Notes under the pieces: model-generated
Told to the model about the DNA's origin: nothing
The model's database searches: none
What the model saw: only the letters and a program-made list of their open reading frames with translations
Part shown: positions 30,077 through 40,529 of the stretch, piece by piece
Layout of the letters: the number at the start of each line of letters is the position of its first letter
Position numbering within the stretch: the first letter of the stretch is position 1
Made by a program: the position numbers and the translations under genes
DNA from: Candidatus Eiseniibacteriota bacterium
GTDB lineage: Bacteria > Eisenbacteria > RBG-16-71-46 > CAIMUX01 > VGJL01
Assembly (NCBI GenBank): GCA_963792585.1
Contig: CAWBWI010000006.1
Span: forward strand, 928,001-992,000
Direction: 5' to 3'
DNA length: 64,000 nt

Positions 30077-31879
30077 CTACGGCGGGGCCTCCCGGCGCAG
30101 CAGCATCACCCACCCGAACTGGATGTCGGGACGCACCGGATCTTCCACGATGCCGACCTGCTGGTACCGATCGTGGAGCCACTCACCAAGTCGCACCCCG
30201 TAGTTGCCGCTGAAGTAGGCCCAGGCGAGCCCGTACTCGGGCGTGGGGCGATGCGCGAAGGCGAGGAAGTCCGGGGGCGCCTTCGCGAAGGCCTCCACGA
30301 TGGCGTCCTCGCCGTAGAGGATCATCTCGATCGGGATCGTCGAGTGGTAGGGGGTCGGGTTCGGCCGCCGCGTTAGATAGTTCAAGATAACGCCCTCGGG
30401 AACGACCGCCAGGGTCTGCTGCGGTCCGACATTCGCCTCGATCATCGCGATCGCCTCGTTGGCGACGATCCCTCGCGGGTCGGCAAGAAAAGCGTCGGCT
30501 CCCGTGCCCACGCGGACGTTCATCTTGCGCAGCGGTTTCGCGATGAGCGTCAAGTGAATCCCCACGGCCAGGACGAGGAATGTGATCGCGCTCGTCCGGG
30601 CGACCAGGCTCGAACCTCCTCGGCGCGTAACCCACGCCGGCGTCCAGTCGAGCAGGCCCACGATGACGACCATCATGGCCGGCATCCCGAGCGCCCATCC
30701 GTAGAGGAAGATGCGGGGATAGAGGCCCAGTTTCGCCAGCATGAGCAGGGCGTAGGCGAGCAGGGTCAATCCGGCGACCGCCCTTGCGCGATCCGACCCA
30801 GCCCGCCGCTTCTCTCGCGTGAGGAGCCAGGCGAGCGCCAGCAAGACCACGGGGAGCGGCCGGCCGAAGTTCATCCACTCGAGCTTTCGAAACAGCAGCG
30901 CCACCGCTACCGCGGGCAACGCCGCGCCAAGAGCGGCGAGGAGGCGATCCCGCCCTTTCCCACCGATGGATATCAGAGCGAATGGGACCAGGGCGACGAT
31001 CCAGCCGGCTGTCCACGCAAGGATCATCAGGATGCTGTATCCCGGGAAATCGAGCCCGGCCCACCCACGATAGAACTCGGTCTCGCTCCCGATCCCCCCC
31101 AGCACCGCCGGCCATGCTCCAAGCATGCCGTACAGCGCGGGACCGGCCGGCATCGCGGAGGCCAGCAGGGCGAAGGCCACCGCGATGGGCGCCAGCGCGG
31201 CCAGCAGGACGGGAAATCCAGCCCGCCTCCCCGGTCGATTTAGGCAGAACCAGATAAGCCCTGCGCCGGCCGTCGCGACGAATGTCTCCGGCTTCGTGAG
31301 GAAGAGAAGACCCAGCAGAACTCCCGCGCAGGCGGCCCTGCGGCGCGACAATCCGTCACGCGCGCCGATGAGGAGCGCAAGGAACCCGAATGCGAGAACG
31401 GCGCCGTGGGTCAGCTCGTGGGAGTAGGGACAGATGTTGTTGTAGTTGCCCGTCGCGCGCTGCGTGCCGATCCCGAAGATCAAGGCGAAGATGACGCAGC
31501 CCGCCGTCGCCGAGAATCGCGAGCCGGCGGCGCGGAGGATCCGGTAGAGCAGGAAGAGCGTTCCCCCCAGGAGGGCGATGTTCGCCAGAACGAGCGTCCG
31601 CATCCCCACGCCGAGGAGTCGAAAGAGGGCCGCGTTGAAGTAAGGCGACAGCGGGCCGTTCAGGTAGGCCAGATCCCGATAGAGGACCCTCCCCTCCGTG
31701 ATCTGCCAGGGGATGTAGAGTTCCCGCCCCCAGTCGATGAAGACGTCGGCCCACTTGCCCCAGGTCCAGACAAGCATGATCGCGCACGCGGCGGCGATGA
31801 GCGTCGCGTCGAACCAGGGGCCGGTGCGTTGCAGGCGGTCCTGCGCGTTCTGCGCCACGGTGCGATTGGAACCTCCCAA
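30077..31879 (-). CDS. GT-C-fold (PMT/ArnT-like) membrane glycosyltransferase
   Basis: DWGRELY...GRVLYRDLAYLNGPL, LTKPE, many TM helices and a soluble C-terminal domain. Confidence 0.7.
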   Translation of the reverse strand: MGGSNRTVAQNAQDRLQRTGPWFDATLIAAACAIMLVWTWGKWADVFIDWGRELYIPWQITEGRVLYRDLAYLNGPLSPYFNAALFRLLGVGMRTLVLANIALLGGTLFLLYRILRAAGSRFSATAGCVIFALIFGIGTQRATGNYNNICPYSHELTHGAVLAFGFLALLIGARDGLSRRRAACAGVLLGLLFLTKPETFVATAGAGLIWFCLNRPGRRAGFPVLLAALAPIAVAFALLASAMPAGPALYGMLGAWPAVLGGIGSETEFYRGWAGLDFPGYSILMILAWTAGWIVALVPFALISIGGKGRDRLLAALGAALPAVAVALLFRKLEWMNFGRPLPVVLLALAWLLTREKRRAGSDRARAVAGLTLLAYALLMLAKLGLYPRIFLYGWALGMPAMMVVIVGLLDWTPAWVTRRGGSSLVARTSAITFLVLAVGIHLTLIAKPLRKMNVRVGTGADAFLADPRGIVANEAIAMIEANVGPQQTLAVVPEGVILNYLTRRPNPTPYHSTIPIEMILYGEDAIVEAFAKAPPDFLAFAHRPTPEYGLAWAYFSGNYGVRLGEWLHDRYQQVGIVEDPVRPDIQFGWVMLLRREAPP

Positions 31880-31962
31880 GGACCGTCGCGCAGTCTACAG
31901 GAGCGGGTGCCGGCTCTCCAGGAGCCTGTGACGTCAGACGGCCGTCGCGTCCCTCAAACCCG

Positions 31963-32511
31963 TCAGGCAACCGCCCCAGCGAGGATTCGGTCGGCCAGCG
32001 CGTGGAGCCTCTCGTGGGCTCCCGGACCCATATCCTCCCGCTCGACCCTCTCGAAGCCCTCCGCAACGGTCTGTTGATCCTCGGGGGGCAGAACCTGCTC
32101 GGCGATCTTGAAGAGGATTCCGTCCTCCTTCTGGATATGGCCCGATAGAAGCATCACGTAGCCGTCGGCGGCGCGGGCGAAGGCCGCGGGCGAGGCCGCA
32201 TCGTCGGCCGCTTCGACAGCCGCCGCCATGGCGCGGATGAAGGCGCGCCCCTGCTCGTGCTCGCTCAGCATCACGGCCACCGGGCCCATCTCCGGCCCGT
32301 AGCCGTGGGTCGCCAGCATCGGGAAGAGGTGCTTCTCTTCCTTCCCATGGTGGCATCGATCGGCGAACTCCTTCAGGAAGGTCAGGATATCCCCGGCGCG
32401 CGCGCGGTCGATTCGACGGTTCTGCAGCGTCTCGTGCGCGACGGACTCGAGGACCTCCAGGATCCTCTCGATCAACCGGTGCTCTTTCATCAGGGTCTCG
32501 GTGGGCAACAT
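31963..32511 (-). CDS. Hemerythrin-domain protein
   Basis: EHRLI...HHGKEE..LFP...EHEQGR...HIQKEDGILF; start MLPTE. Confidence 0.9.
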   Translation of the reverse strand: MLPTETLMKEHRLIERILEVLESVAHETLQNRRIDRARAGDILTFLKEFADRCHHGKEEKHLFPMLATHGYGPEMGPVAVMLSEHEQGRAFIRAMAAAVEAADDAASPAAFARAADGYVMLLSGHIQKEDGILFKIAEQVLPPEDQQTVAEGFERVEREDMGPGAHERLHALADRILAGAVA

Positions 32512-32562
32512 GGTTACAATCCTCCCTTGACGGAAGGATCGCGGCTCGCGGCCCGATCCGCG

Positions 32563-32576
32563 ATGACTTAGGTCAA
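32563..32576. promoter_or_regulatory. FNR/DNR-like box
   Basis: ATGAC-TTAG-GTCAA, a near-palindrome related to TTGAT-N4-ATCAA, between divergent hemerythrin genes next to a Crp/Fnr gene. Confidence 0.55.
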
Positions 32577-32620
32577 TGGGCGGGAGCCCGGGATGTTGCA
32601 GAATCGAGACGGAGGTCGGC

Positions 32621-33151
32621 ATGAAGCTCCCAAACTCATTCTCCTGGCCACCCTCGCCGGACTCCCTCGGTCCCGTCGCATCGGGAGAGGGATCCCCCCA
32701 TGATCCCGAGCGCCTCGTGCGCGCGCAGCACCGCCAGCTGGCGCGCATTCTGCGCAACCTCGCGGAGGCAGCGGAACATCCCGTGCTCCCTGCCGAGAAC
32801 GAGGAAGCGGAGACGCGCTGGCGTCGAAATCTCCGGCTCTCCCTCGGCGAGCTGAACGCATTCATCGAGAACCACCGGGACATCGAGGAGTCCTTCCTCT
32901 TTCCCCAACTCCTCGAAGTGGCGGAAGAGCTGGGTCCGACCCTCGATGACCTCAGCGACGATCACGTTCGCATCTTCGACGAGAATCGCCGGCTGAACTT
33001 GCTGATGGACCGTCTCGATCTCGTGCGCCGCCTTGGGGCTTCCGAGCAGGCCGAGCTCCTCCCCCCTCTCCGGTCTTTCGTCGAGGGGCTCTGGCGTCAT
33101 ACCCTCGTCGAGGAAGCGATGCTGGATCAGATACGGGGGAGAATTGAATAA
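32621..33151 (+). CDS. Hemerythrin-like (HHE) domain protein
   Basis: QHRQL...HRDIEESFLFP...DH...HTLVEE; GGAGGT RBS before ATG 32621. Confidence 0.75.
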   Translation: MKLPNSFSWPPSPDSLGPVASGEGSPHDPERLVRAQHRQLARILRNLAEAAEHPVLPAENEEAETRWRRNLRLSLGELNAFIENHRDIEESFLFPQLLEVAEELGPTLDDLSDDHVRIFDENRRLNLLMDRLDLVRRLGASEQAELLPPLRSFVEGLWRHTLVEEAMLDQIRGRIE

Positions 33152-33839
33152 GAAGGAGACGGAGTCCTCATCCCCAGCGGCCCTCCTGCGGAAGGTTCCA
33201 TTCCTTGCGAATCTCGACGCCGCCTCGACGCGGGACCTTGCCAACGAGAGTCGGATCGTCGTCGTTGCGAAGGGAGAGGATCTCTTCGTAGAGGGGGATC
33301 CGTGCCGCGGGATGTTTCTGGTCATCGAGGGACACATGAAGATCTACCGCGCGGCCCTATCCGGGCGGGAGCAGATCATCGCGATCGAAGGGCCGGGCGC
33401 CACGATTGCGGAGCTGCCGCTCTTCGACGGGGCGCCGTACCCCGCATCTTGCGCGGCGACCGAGCCGAGCCGTCTCTTGCTCCTCCCCCGGGACGCCTTC
33501 GAGGATCTGCTACGCAGAAAGCCGGAGATCGCGATCGGCACAATCCGCCTCCTTGGCCGGCGCCTGCGGAGTCTCGTCGCGCTCGTCGAGGAGCTGTCGC
33601 TCCTCGAGGTGCCGCAGCGTCTCGCCAAGTACCTCCTCGAAATCCACGAACGGCGCGGGGTGGAGTTCACCCTCACACAGTCGAACCAGGAGATTGCGAG
33701 CCGTCTCGGGACGGTCCGGGAGATCGTCTCTCGCTGCCTTCACCGGCTCGAGCAGCAGGGGGCGATCCAGATCGAGGGGCGACGCATCCGAATCGTCGAC
33801 GAAAGCGCGCTGCGCGCGATGGTCGATGAGAGCCGGTGA
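33144..33839 (+). CDS. Crp/Fnr-family transcriptional regulator (no FNR Cys cluster; DNR/HcpR-like)
   Basis: cNMP-binding-like domain (LFVEGD...AELPLFDG) and HTH QEIASRLGTVREIVSR; TTG start overlapping the upstream stop. Confidence 0.88.
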   Translation: MNKKETESSSPAALLRKVPFLANLDAASTRDLANESRIVVVAKGEDLFVEGDPCRGMFLVIEGHMKIYRAALSGREQIIAIEGPGATIAELPLFDGAPYPASCAATEPSRLLLLPRDAFEDLLRRKPEIAIGTIRLLGRRLRSLVALVEELSLLEVPQRLAKYLLEIHERRGVEFTLTQSNQEIASRLGTVREIVSRCLHRLEQQGAIQIEGRRIRIVDESALRAMVDESR

Positions 33840-33908
33840 GCGGCCGGGGGCTCCGATGACCGCACGGGTCCCGGGCGCGGGCCCCGCCGTCCCGGTAGCC
33901 CCGATCCT

Positions 33909-34673
33909 TTGAGCATTGCACGCGATCTCCGCGGCCTCCTCCCGCGAGAGCACGGTTCCTGGGCCTATCTGCTGATTCCCCAGATCGCCGCGCTGATGGC
34001 CGCGGACCGACCCGCGCCGGCGACCGCGTGGTTGGGCGGGTCGGTCCTGATGTTCACCGCCTTCCAAGGATTCGCCGCCGCACGGAGACGTCGCGAAACA
34101 TGGAGTCCGGCCGGCCTCCTCTGTGCCATCGCCGGCGCGACCCTCCTCGCCCTCACGGCGCGCGCGCGCCCCCTGGCTCTCGTCCTTCTCCTCCCCTCGG
34201 CGATCCCGGCCCTTCTCACCCTGCGATCGACGAAAGGACGGATCGGGCGCGATGACGCGATCGAAGCGCTCGGCATCGTCGCCGCCTCGATTCTCGGATG
34301 CGGCGGTCTGTACGTGTCCGGGGCGTCGCATGCGGCGGTCGCGCTGCTCGCGATCGTCTCCTGCTCCTATTCGCTGCTGTCGCTGATCTGGGTGCGCGTG
34401 CGGCTCGCCGCCGAACTCAAGGGCCGCCGGCCGATCCTGTCGCACGGCTGGAACATCCCCGCGAGTCTTCTGATCCTCGGGCTCTCCGGCGTCGCCGGAA
34501 TCTCCATGGGAGGATTCGTCGTCGGGCTCTTGCCGGGCGTCTACCTGGGACGATCCCTGCTGGCCCTTCCGCGCCTGCGCGACGGTCGGGTGTGGGTGAC
34601 GATGCTCGGCGTGCAGGAGGCGATCGCGGCCGCCGTCTTCGCGATCGGGCTGGGGCTCTTTCTGCCCCGTTAG
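33909..34673 (+). CDS. YwiC-like membrane protein
   Basis: N-terminal LPREHGSW signature, multiple TM helices, C-terminal LGVQE. Confidence 0.75.
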   Translation: MSIARDLRGLLPREHGSWAYLLIPQIAALMAADRPAPATAWLGGSVLMFTAFQGFAAARRRRETWSPAGLLCAIAGATLLALTARARPLALVLLLPSAIPALLTLRSTKGRIGRDDAIEALGIVAASILGCGGLYVSGASHAAVALLAIVSCSYSLLSLIWVRVRLAAELKGRRPILSHGWNIPASLLILGLSGVAGISMGGFVVGLLPGVYLGRSLLALPRLRDGRVWVTMLGVQEAIAAAVFAIGLGLFLPR

Positions 34674-35197
34674 TGGGTCGCTACGGGGTGCAGCCGCATC
34701 CGCGAGAGAAGGCTCCGCGAGGCGGCGTCGATTCGATCGAATCCGTTGACAATCGACTCCTCGTCTTCGGGGGTCAGGAGCTTCGCCGCCACCCAGAACA
34801 CGATCGTCTTCTCGGTGCGCATGTGGGTGCGCATGCCGTGGACGTACCGGCGGGCGAGCTTCGCGAAAGATGCGCAGGACGCCTTGCCGTTGAGTCCAAA
34901 GATCGCTTCTGCAACCCGCTCGAAACAGGCGGCGTCTTCTCGGTGCTCCTCGAGCATCACGGACACGAGTCCCGCACGGGGACCGAAGCCATGCCGCGTG
35001 AGCTGCGGAAAGAAGTGGTGTTCTTCCTTGGAGCGGTGGAGACCTTCAGCAAACTCGCGAAGGAACTGAATCACCGCCCAGGCGCGATCCTCCGCGGGAT
35101 GCGTGCCCTGCTCCGCATGGAGCGCGAAGCCCTCGAGTTCGGTCACCGCGAGTTCGATCAAGCGGTGCTCTTGCAGAAGAATGTCCGTAGGTCTCAT
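34670..35197 (-). CDS. Hemerythrin-domain protein
   Basis: EHRLI...HRSKEE..FFP...EH...HMRTEKTIVF; paralog of 31963-32511. Confidence 0.88.
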   Translation of the reverse strand: MRPTDILLQEHRLIELAVTELEGFALHAEQGTHPAEDRAWAVIQFLREFAEGLHRSKEEHHFFPQLTRHGFGPRAGLVSVMLEEHREDAACFERVAEAIFGLNGKASCASFAKLARRYVHGMRTHMRTEKTIVFWVAAKLLTPEDEESIVNGFDRIDAASRSLLSRMRLHPVATH

Positions 35198-35436
35198 GCC
35201 AGCCCCTTGCTTTTGTGAAACGCGGCACGGATCGCTACCGGATCGATCGACTCTCCTCGACTGCCCAATGGAATCACCCTGGACGGTCGGGTCCCGATTG
35301 TCTCATCGAGGTGGAAATTGGTCAATGGTGGAACTTCTGTAACTGCAGACATTCTTGAGGGTTACGCAGGTAATTCGTTGCTCTTGGCACCGGCGTTTCG
35401 ACCCTCGCCCCCGTATGGGGTTGACGGGGGAGGAGA

Positions 35437-37101
35437 CTATTTTGTCGATCGGGTGGAAGCGGTGGTTTCGTCGAGAATTCGCCGCAAGATCGCTTCTGCG
35501 ACCTGCGGCAGGACCTGATCACCGCCCTCGGGATCGTCTGACAGCGTCTGTGCTGCGCGGTCGAATGCTTCGACGTGAGCGCGCATTCCATCCTCATCGA
35601 TGGCGTGATTCGGTTTTGCAAGAGACTCGGGGAATGGAAACGCTTCGATGTCGCGCCGACCGAGCGGGATGCTGCCTCCCGAAAGCGCCTGCGGACCGCG
35701 TCGCGTGCGGTGGATCGATGTGAGCCAGTCGCTGTTGAGGAGCAAGCCCGCGCGTAACAACATACGCTCTGCATCCGGCCCATCCCCGCGCGCGAGGAGC
35801 ATCAAGGTCCCGACCGATCCGGCGCAGCGTCCACGGAGATCGCAGCGCGCCCTGAGAGATCTCGACAACCCCGCCACGATGAGCTTCGGCCGATCGAGGA
35901 ACGCTCTTCGGTTGCGCGAAAGCCCCGGCGCCTCACGCGGCAGGACGGGTCGCGCGAACGTCCGCCCAAGGTAGCGTGCCGGAGCATGGCCCCATCGATC
36001 CCCGTGACGAACGATCAACCCGGCCGTGAGGAATCGCCAGCCCTTGCCGTCCTCCTGCAGGGAGTCCCTGATGGCATAGGCTTCCGACACCGTCATCGAT
36101 GCGCGCACGTCGAAGAGATCCCCGAAGGTCAGATGACGTTCGAGATCCGCGGTTTCCCCACCGCATTCCGGATCGAACAGCGCGCCCCAGCTCGTCTCCT
36201 CCAGGCGCCCGGGCGGGACTTCCCACAGGAGCTCGCCGTCCTCTCTCGTGACCGCCACGCAGCGGGGCGCCGGGCCCGAGCCGCCGATCACGCCGACCAT
36301 GGCGATCCCGCATTCCGGCGCCGGACGATCCCCGGGGAAGAGAACAAGCCTCCGCAGGGGCGACTCGCGCGCGAGCAGACGGCGCAACGGCGTCGCGTAG
36401 CGCGCGGACAGGAGCGCCCGGGGCGCCAACAATGCATAGCGGCCGCCGGGCGCGAGAAGCTGCGCCGCCAGGTGGACGAAGAGGACGCTGCGGTCGTACG
36501 GCCCGACCGCGGTCTCGGGAAAGCGTTCCTTCAGCTCCCGGCGCCCTTCTCCCGAACGGCCGGTCCGCTTCTCGATCGCGTTTCCGAAGGGAGGATTCCC
36601 GCAGACGAGGTCGAACGCTCCGTCCGCGGACGGCTCGAAGGAGCGGAGTGCATCGCCCCAGAGAATTCGGCGCGCGACGAGCTCCGGGTCTCGCACGGCA
36701 CCCGCATTCCACAGCGCCAACCTCGTGAGCGCAACCGCCACCGGATCGATGTCGACTCCATGGAGCTCCACCTCGGGGCCGAACAAGCTCCAAGCCTCCT
36801 CGAGAAAGACGCCCGCCCCCACGGCCGGATCGAGGATCCTCCGAGGACGCAGGCCTTCGTCCGCGGCGCGGGACAGGAGCGCTCGCGCGACGGTCCGCGG
36901 CGTCAGGTAGAGGCCGGTCGCGCGGCGGTCGGGGCGGGAATCGAGCCACGCGGACACGAGGTCGGTCGTTGTCGCCGGCGCTGCGGCGTCGCCGGCAACC
37001 GGCGCCGGGTCGAGAGTCGGGGGCAATCCGTCGCAGAGCAGAGCGGCCGGGACATCCGCCCCGGCACGTTCGCGCAGGATCCTCAGGATGGACAGGTCCA
37101 T
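35437..37101 (-). CDS. N6-adenine DNA methyltransferase (gamma/Eco57I-like), no adjacent endonuclease
   Basis: YLTPR, ILDPAVGAGVF (motif I), GVDIDP, GNPPF (motif IV). Confidence 0.82.
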   Translation of the reverse strand: MDLSILRILRERAGADVPAALLCDGLPPTLDPAPVAGDAAAPATTTDLVSAWLDSRPDRRATGLYLTPRTVARALLSRAADEGLRPRRILDPAVGAGVFLEEAWSLFGPEVELHGVDIDPVAVALTRLALWNAGAVRDPELVARRILWGDALRSFEPSADGAFDLVCGNPPFGNAIEKRTGRSGEGRRELKERFPETAVGPYDRSVLFVHLAAQLLAPGGRYALLAPRALLSARYATPLRRLLARESPLRRLVLFPGDRPAPECGIAMVGVIGGSGPAPRCVAVTREDGELLWEVPPGRLEETSWGALFDPECGGETADLERHLTFGDLFDVRASMTVSEAYAIRDSLQEDGKGWRFLTAGLIVRHGDRWGHAPARYLGRTFARPVLPREAPGLSRNRRAFLDRPKLIVAGLSRSLRARCDLRGRCAGSVGTLMLLARGDGPDAERMLLRAGLLLNSDWLTSIHRTRRGPQALSGGSIPLGRRDIEAFPFPESLAKPNHAIDEDGMRAHVEAFDRAAQTLSDDPEGGDQVLPQVAEAILRRILDETTASTRSTK

Positions 37102-37120
37102 GGCGGACCAGTCTAGCCGC

Positions 37121-38008
37121 TCAGTCGAGGAGAATCAGCTTCGTACTCCGCACGCCCGCGGGCGATGTCAGGCGGGCCAGGTAGATACCGCTCGACGCGC
37201 CGGCAGCATTCCAGACGACCTCGTGGGAGCCGGCGGGAAGGGTCCCGTCAGCGAGCGTGGCGATGCGGCGTCCCTGAAGATCGAGGATCTCCACGCGCAC
37301 GTTTTCGGACGCGGTCAGGAAGACCGCGAACGTCGCGCGTCCCACGCACGGGTTCGGACCCACGGCCGAGATGCGCGCCGGCGCATCGTCCACGGATGCG
37401 GGCGGGATCTGGGGACAGTCGTTGTGCCCGGGCTGAAACCACCGAATCACGCCGAAGTTCTCGCAGAGGTCCTCGTTCGGCGGGTCTGCGTCGTCAAAGA
37501 ACTTCGCCTGGTTCGTGCTCGGGTAGCTTCGCGTTGCGAAGTAGTTCTCCGGTCCGTCGACGAACGTAGCAAACCAATAGAGGCGGATGAGGCGTTCATG
37601 GACCGGGGAGCCAAACGTGACGATGTTCCCGAATCCGGTCTCGGGCCAGCCGGGATCTGGAGACTCGGTTGGCGAGGGCCCGCAGACTCTCCAATTGGTG
37701 AAGTACCCTTGATCAGCGGGGATATTGTGGTCGATCCCGAATTGAACCGTGGTCACGGCGGGCGAAGCATCCGGCAGAAACGCCGCCATGACCCAGATGA
37801 TCTGTTCCTCGTCGATCCCTCGTCCAGCGGCGGCATTCAGCTCCTCACACGTAGCGGGAAGGGTCGGAGTACTGCACCAGTACGCGCCGTCTCTGTACTG
37901 CACCGTGTCGTCGGTGTGCACCACGAGAGCACCGTTGGCATTGCGCCCGGCGACTGCGGGCGGGGCAAGAAGCATCAGAAGCACGATCGAGGAAATCAAC
38001 ATTCTCAT
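37121..38008 (-). CDS. Secreted hypothetical protein with T9SS-A/FlgD-like C-terminal domain
   Basis: Signal peptide; AGRNANGALVVH; tail PNP...LDLQGRRIATL...SGIYLARL; GGAGGT RBS. Confidence 0.85.
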   Translation of the reverse strand: MRMLISSIVLLMLLAPPAVAGRNANGALVVHTDDTVQYRDGAYWCSTPTLPATCEELNAAAGRGIDEEQIIWVMAAFLPDASPAVTTVQFGIDHNIPADQGYFTNWRVCGPSPTESPDPGWPETGFGNIVTFGSPVHERLIRLYWFATFVDGPENYFATRSYPSTNQAKFFDDADPPNEDLCENFGVIRWFQPGHNDCPQIPPASVDDAPARISAVGPNPCVGRATFAVFLTASENVRVEILDLQGRRIATLADGTLPAGSHEVVWNAAGASSGIYLARLTSPAGVRSTKLILLD

Positions 38009-38098
38009 AGCGACCTCCTGAGCCCAGTGGGTTCCCTTTGCAGCGCGTCTATTGTATCACCCCCCCCCCAAGTCGAGGTCAAGGAGGATAAAAGGAAG

Positions 38099-38138
38099 AC
38101 CCGGGGAGCCAATGTCCTCTAGGACAGGTCCCCCGGGC
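38099..38138 (-). terminator. Conserved GC hairpin downstream of paralog 1
   Basis: CCCGGGG...GTCC-tcta-GGAC...CCCCGGG followed by a pyrimidine/U tract on the minus strand; homologous copies follow paralogs 2 and 3. Confidence 0.6.
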
Positions 38139-38187
38139 CATAAGCCGGCCCCCGCTGCGGAGCAAGGCCGGCAGGTGTCGGTTCGAC

Positions 38188-40230
38188 TTACTTCAGTAGA
38201 ACCATCTTCTCCGTGCGGACGCCGTCGGCCGTCGTCAGCCGTGCGAAGTAGACGCCGCTCTCAACCGGCTTGCCGCCGTCCGAGATGCCGTTCCAGGTCT
38301 GAACGTGCACGCCCGGAGTCATCCGGCCGCTCACGAGTTGCGTGACCTTGCGTCCGCCCAGGTCGAATACCTCCAGGCTGACCGGACCGTTCGCGCCGAC
38401 CGGCGACAGCGTGAAGCTGATCTCCGTCTTCGGGTTGAACGGGTTCGGACGCACCGCGTCGATCCGGGTGGTGAACAAGACGTTCCCGTCGGGCGCATCG
38501 GCCGGAGGCGCCGGATGCAGCCAGTTCAGGATGCGGCCGAGCAAGAACTTCTGGTTGTTCGGATCCGCGTCGGTCGCGCTGACCGCATGGAAGCAGGCCG
38601 GCATGAAGACGACCTTCGCGTCGTTGTACACGTTGTGGATCAGAGCGTTCGAATTCTCGTTGCCGAGCAGACCCGTCACCGCCGTGTTCGGAACCGCGTT
38701 GTCCCCCTTGTTGAACGAGGGGAACTGGAAGGACAACGGCAGGTTGAACCCATCGCCGATCGGATCGCCCACGACTCCGAGGAGGCTCGTGTAGCCCGTG
38801 TTGAGCGTCCAGGACGCGATCCCAAGATAGTTTTGCGTGAAGTCGCTTGGCGAGGTGCTATCCAGGAACGACTGACTCGTGAAGTAGAGACTTCCCCCCC
38901 CGTCCACGAACTGCATCATCAACGCTTGGTCACCGGCGTCCGGGGGAGTGGAGGTCCGGTACCCGGTCTCCCAGATCATGATGTCGAAGCCCTGGACGTT
39001 CGCGTACGAAGGTGCCGTACCATTGTGGACGTTGTTGATGTCCCACTGCTCGTAGAGGTAGCCGAGCTGGTTCAACGCCGTCGTCCAGATCCCGCTGCCT
39101 CCACCGGTGGAGCTGCTGTCGTTGATCAGATAAACGGCGTAGCTGCCGTTGAACACCCGCATCGACTTCGTCTGGACCCTACCCGAGGTGTTCGATGTGA
39201 CGTTGAAGCCGCCCGTCCGGACCGCGACCGTCCCGTTCGTGTGAACGCGAACGGTGAAATCACAGGTCCCGTTCGGGGGCAGTGTCACCTGGGTGGGCGC
39301 CGTGTGCGGATTCGGGTCGCCGCAGACCAGGAAGTCCGTCGTCCAGTCCCCGAACGCCGCGCCCGGCTCGAGCGTGAAGATCTGGTTCGAGGCCGTCAGG
39401 TTCCAGAGCTGCCCGGTGAAGGTGGCTGTGCCGTTCCCCTCCGGGACCGACTTGACCTTCACTGGATAGTAGAGCGAGAAGTCCGGAGCCTGGCCCGCGC
39501 CGATCTTCTGCGCCTGAATGACTTCCTTGGTCGCCGTCGATTGGAGGTAAGCGATTCCGACCAGGTTCGCCGGCACCCATGAGCCGATCGAGACGTTGGT
39601 CGAGATCGTCACCTCGTCGCCGACGTTGGTCAGCGTGACGTTCTGGTCGTAGATCTTGCGGGTGACGCGGTCCCAGTGGTCCACGCCGCCGTAGCCGCAG
39701 CACCAGGTCAGATCGTCTTCGTAGAGCAGCAGAGTGCCGCGCAGGTTGCTGAGCTGCACCGGGTCGACCAGCTTGAAGGTCGCCGACATCGAGGCGACCC
39801 CGGCGTTGATCGTCATGCTGGAATTGATGACGACCGGGCTGGCGCCATCGGTTGCGGCGATCCGCGCGTTGAGCCCGTTCCGGTAGCTGACAGTTTGGTT
39901 TGGGCAGACATCCGCCCCGACGAATTCCGAGATCCCGTCGATCTCGACCGTGGGGAATCCGTCTATGCCGTAGAAATTCTGCCTGGCCGTGGTCTCCGTT
40001 GTCGTGAACGGGTCCGTGCCGGAGCAGTGGTTTTCCCAGTGAACGACCTGGTTGCCGAACTCGGTCTCCATCGCATCGCACGCGCACCGCGCGCGAGGAC
40101 AGTACGTTCACCACGTGGCCCCGAACTCCTCGATGGTCATCACCTTGGGCACGCTCGCCAGAGCGGCGGGCACGACCAGCGCTCCAAGCATCAGGAGGAT
40201 CCCGATGAGAGCGGCAAACTTCCGTTGCAT
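38188..40230 (-). CDS. Putative secreted selenoprotein paralog 1: Omp28/thioredoxin-like UxxC domain + FlgD-Ig tail (Sec41 = TGA at 40108-40110)
   Basis: Track ORFs 40108..40290 and 38188..40071 are in frame across one TGA: MQRKF...EEFGATW-U-TYCPRARC...GFPTVEIDG; GGAGGT RBS; signal peptide; 680 aa on readthrough. Confidence 0.85.
40076..40096 (-). promoter_or_regulatory. Putative bacterial SECIS (paralog 1)
   Basis: UCGCGCGC-GGUGC-GCGUGCGA, 8-bp stem; 19 nt lie between the UGA and the loop. Confidence 0.75.
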
Positions 40231-40439
40231 GGCACCTCCAAGTGAAGCGAAGCGGCCGACCCAGTAACCGAACCATGTCCATAAGGACATTCCTGGAGCA
40301 AACTGAGATTATTTTACACTAAATGGGTCGATGATCTGACCACAATCTACTGCACTACATCAGGCTACGGTCGGGGTGGTCCCGCGGGAAACGGGATCAT
40401 CCGGTGGGTTTTCGGTGCCGAAACGCGCCCAAAAGGAAG

Positions 40440-40480
40440 GCCCGGGGAGCCCAATGTCCTCTGGGACAGGTCCCCCGGGC
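40440..40480 (-). terminator. Conserved GC hairpin downstream of paralog 2
   Basis: Homologous to 38099-38138; followed by CTTCCTTTT on the minus strand. Confidence 0.6.
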
Positions 40481-40529
40481 CATGAGCCGGCCCCCGCTGC
40501 GGAGCAAGGCCGGCAGGTGTCGGTTCGAC

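Noticed and set aside
40108..40290. Stand-alone 60-aa small ORF or leader peptide
   Set aside because: From ATG 40230 it is the signal peptide and first strand of the readthrough protein.
40304..40318. CRP-like box upstream of paralog 1 (TGAGA-N5-TTACA)
   Set aside because: Wrong spacing and two mismatches.
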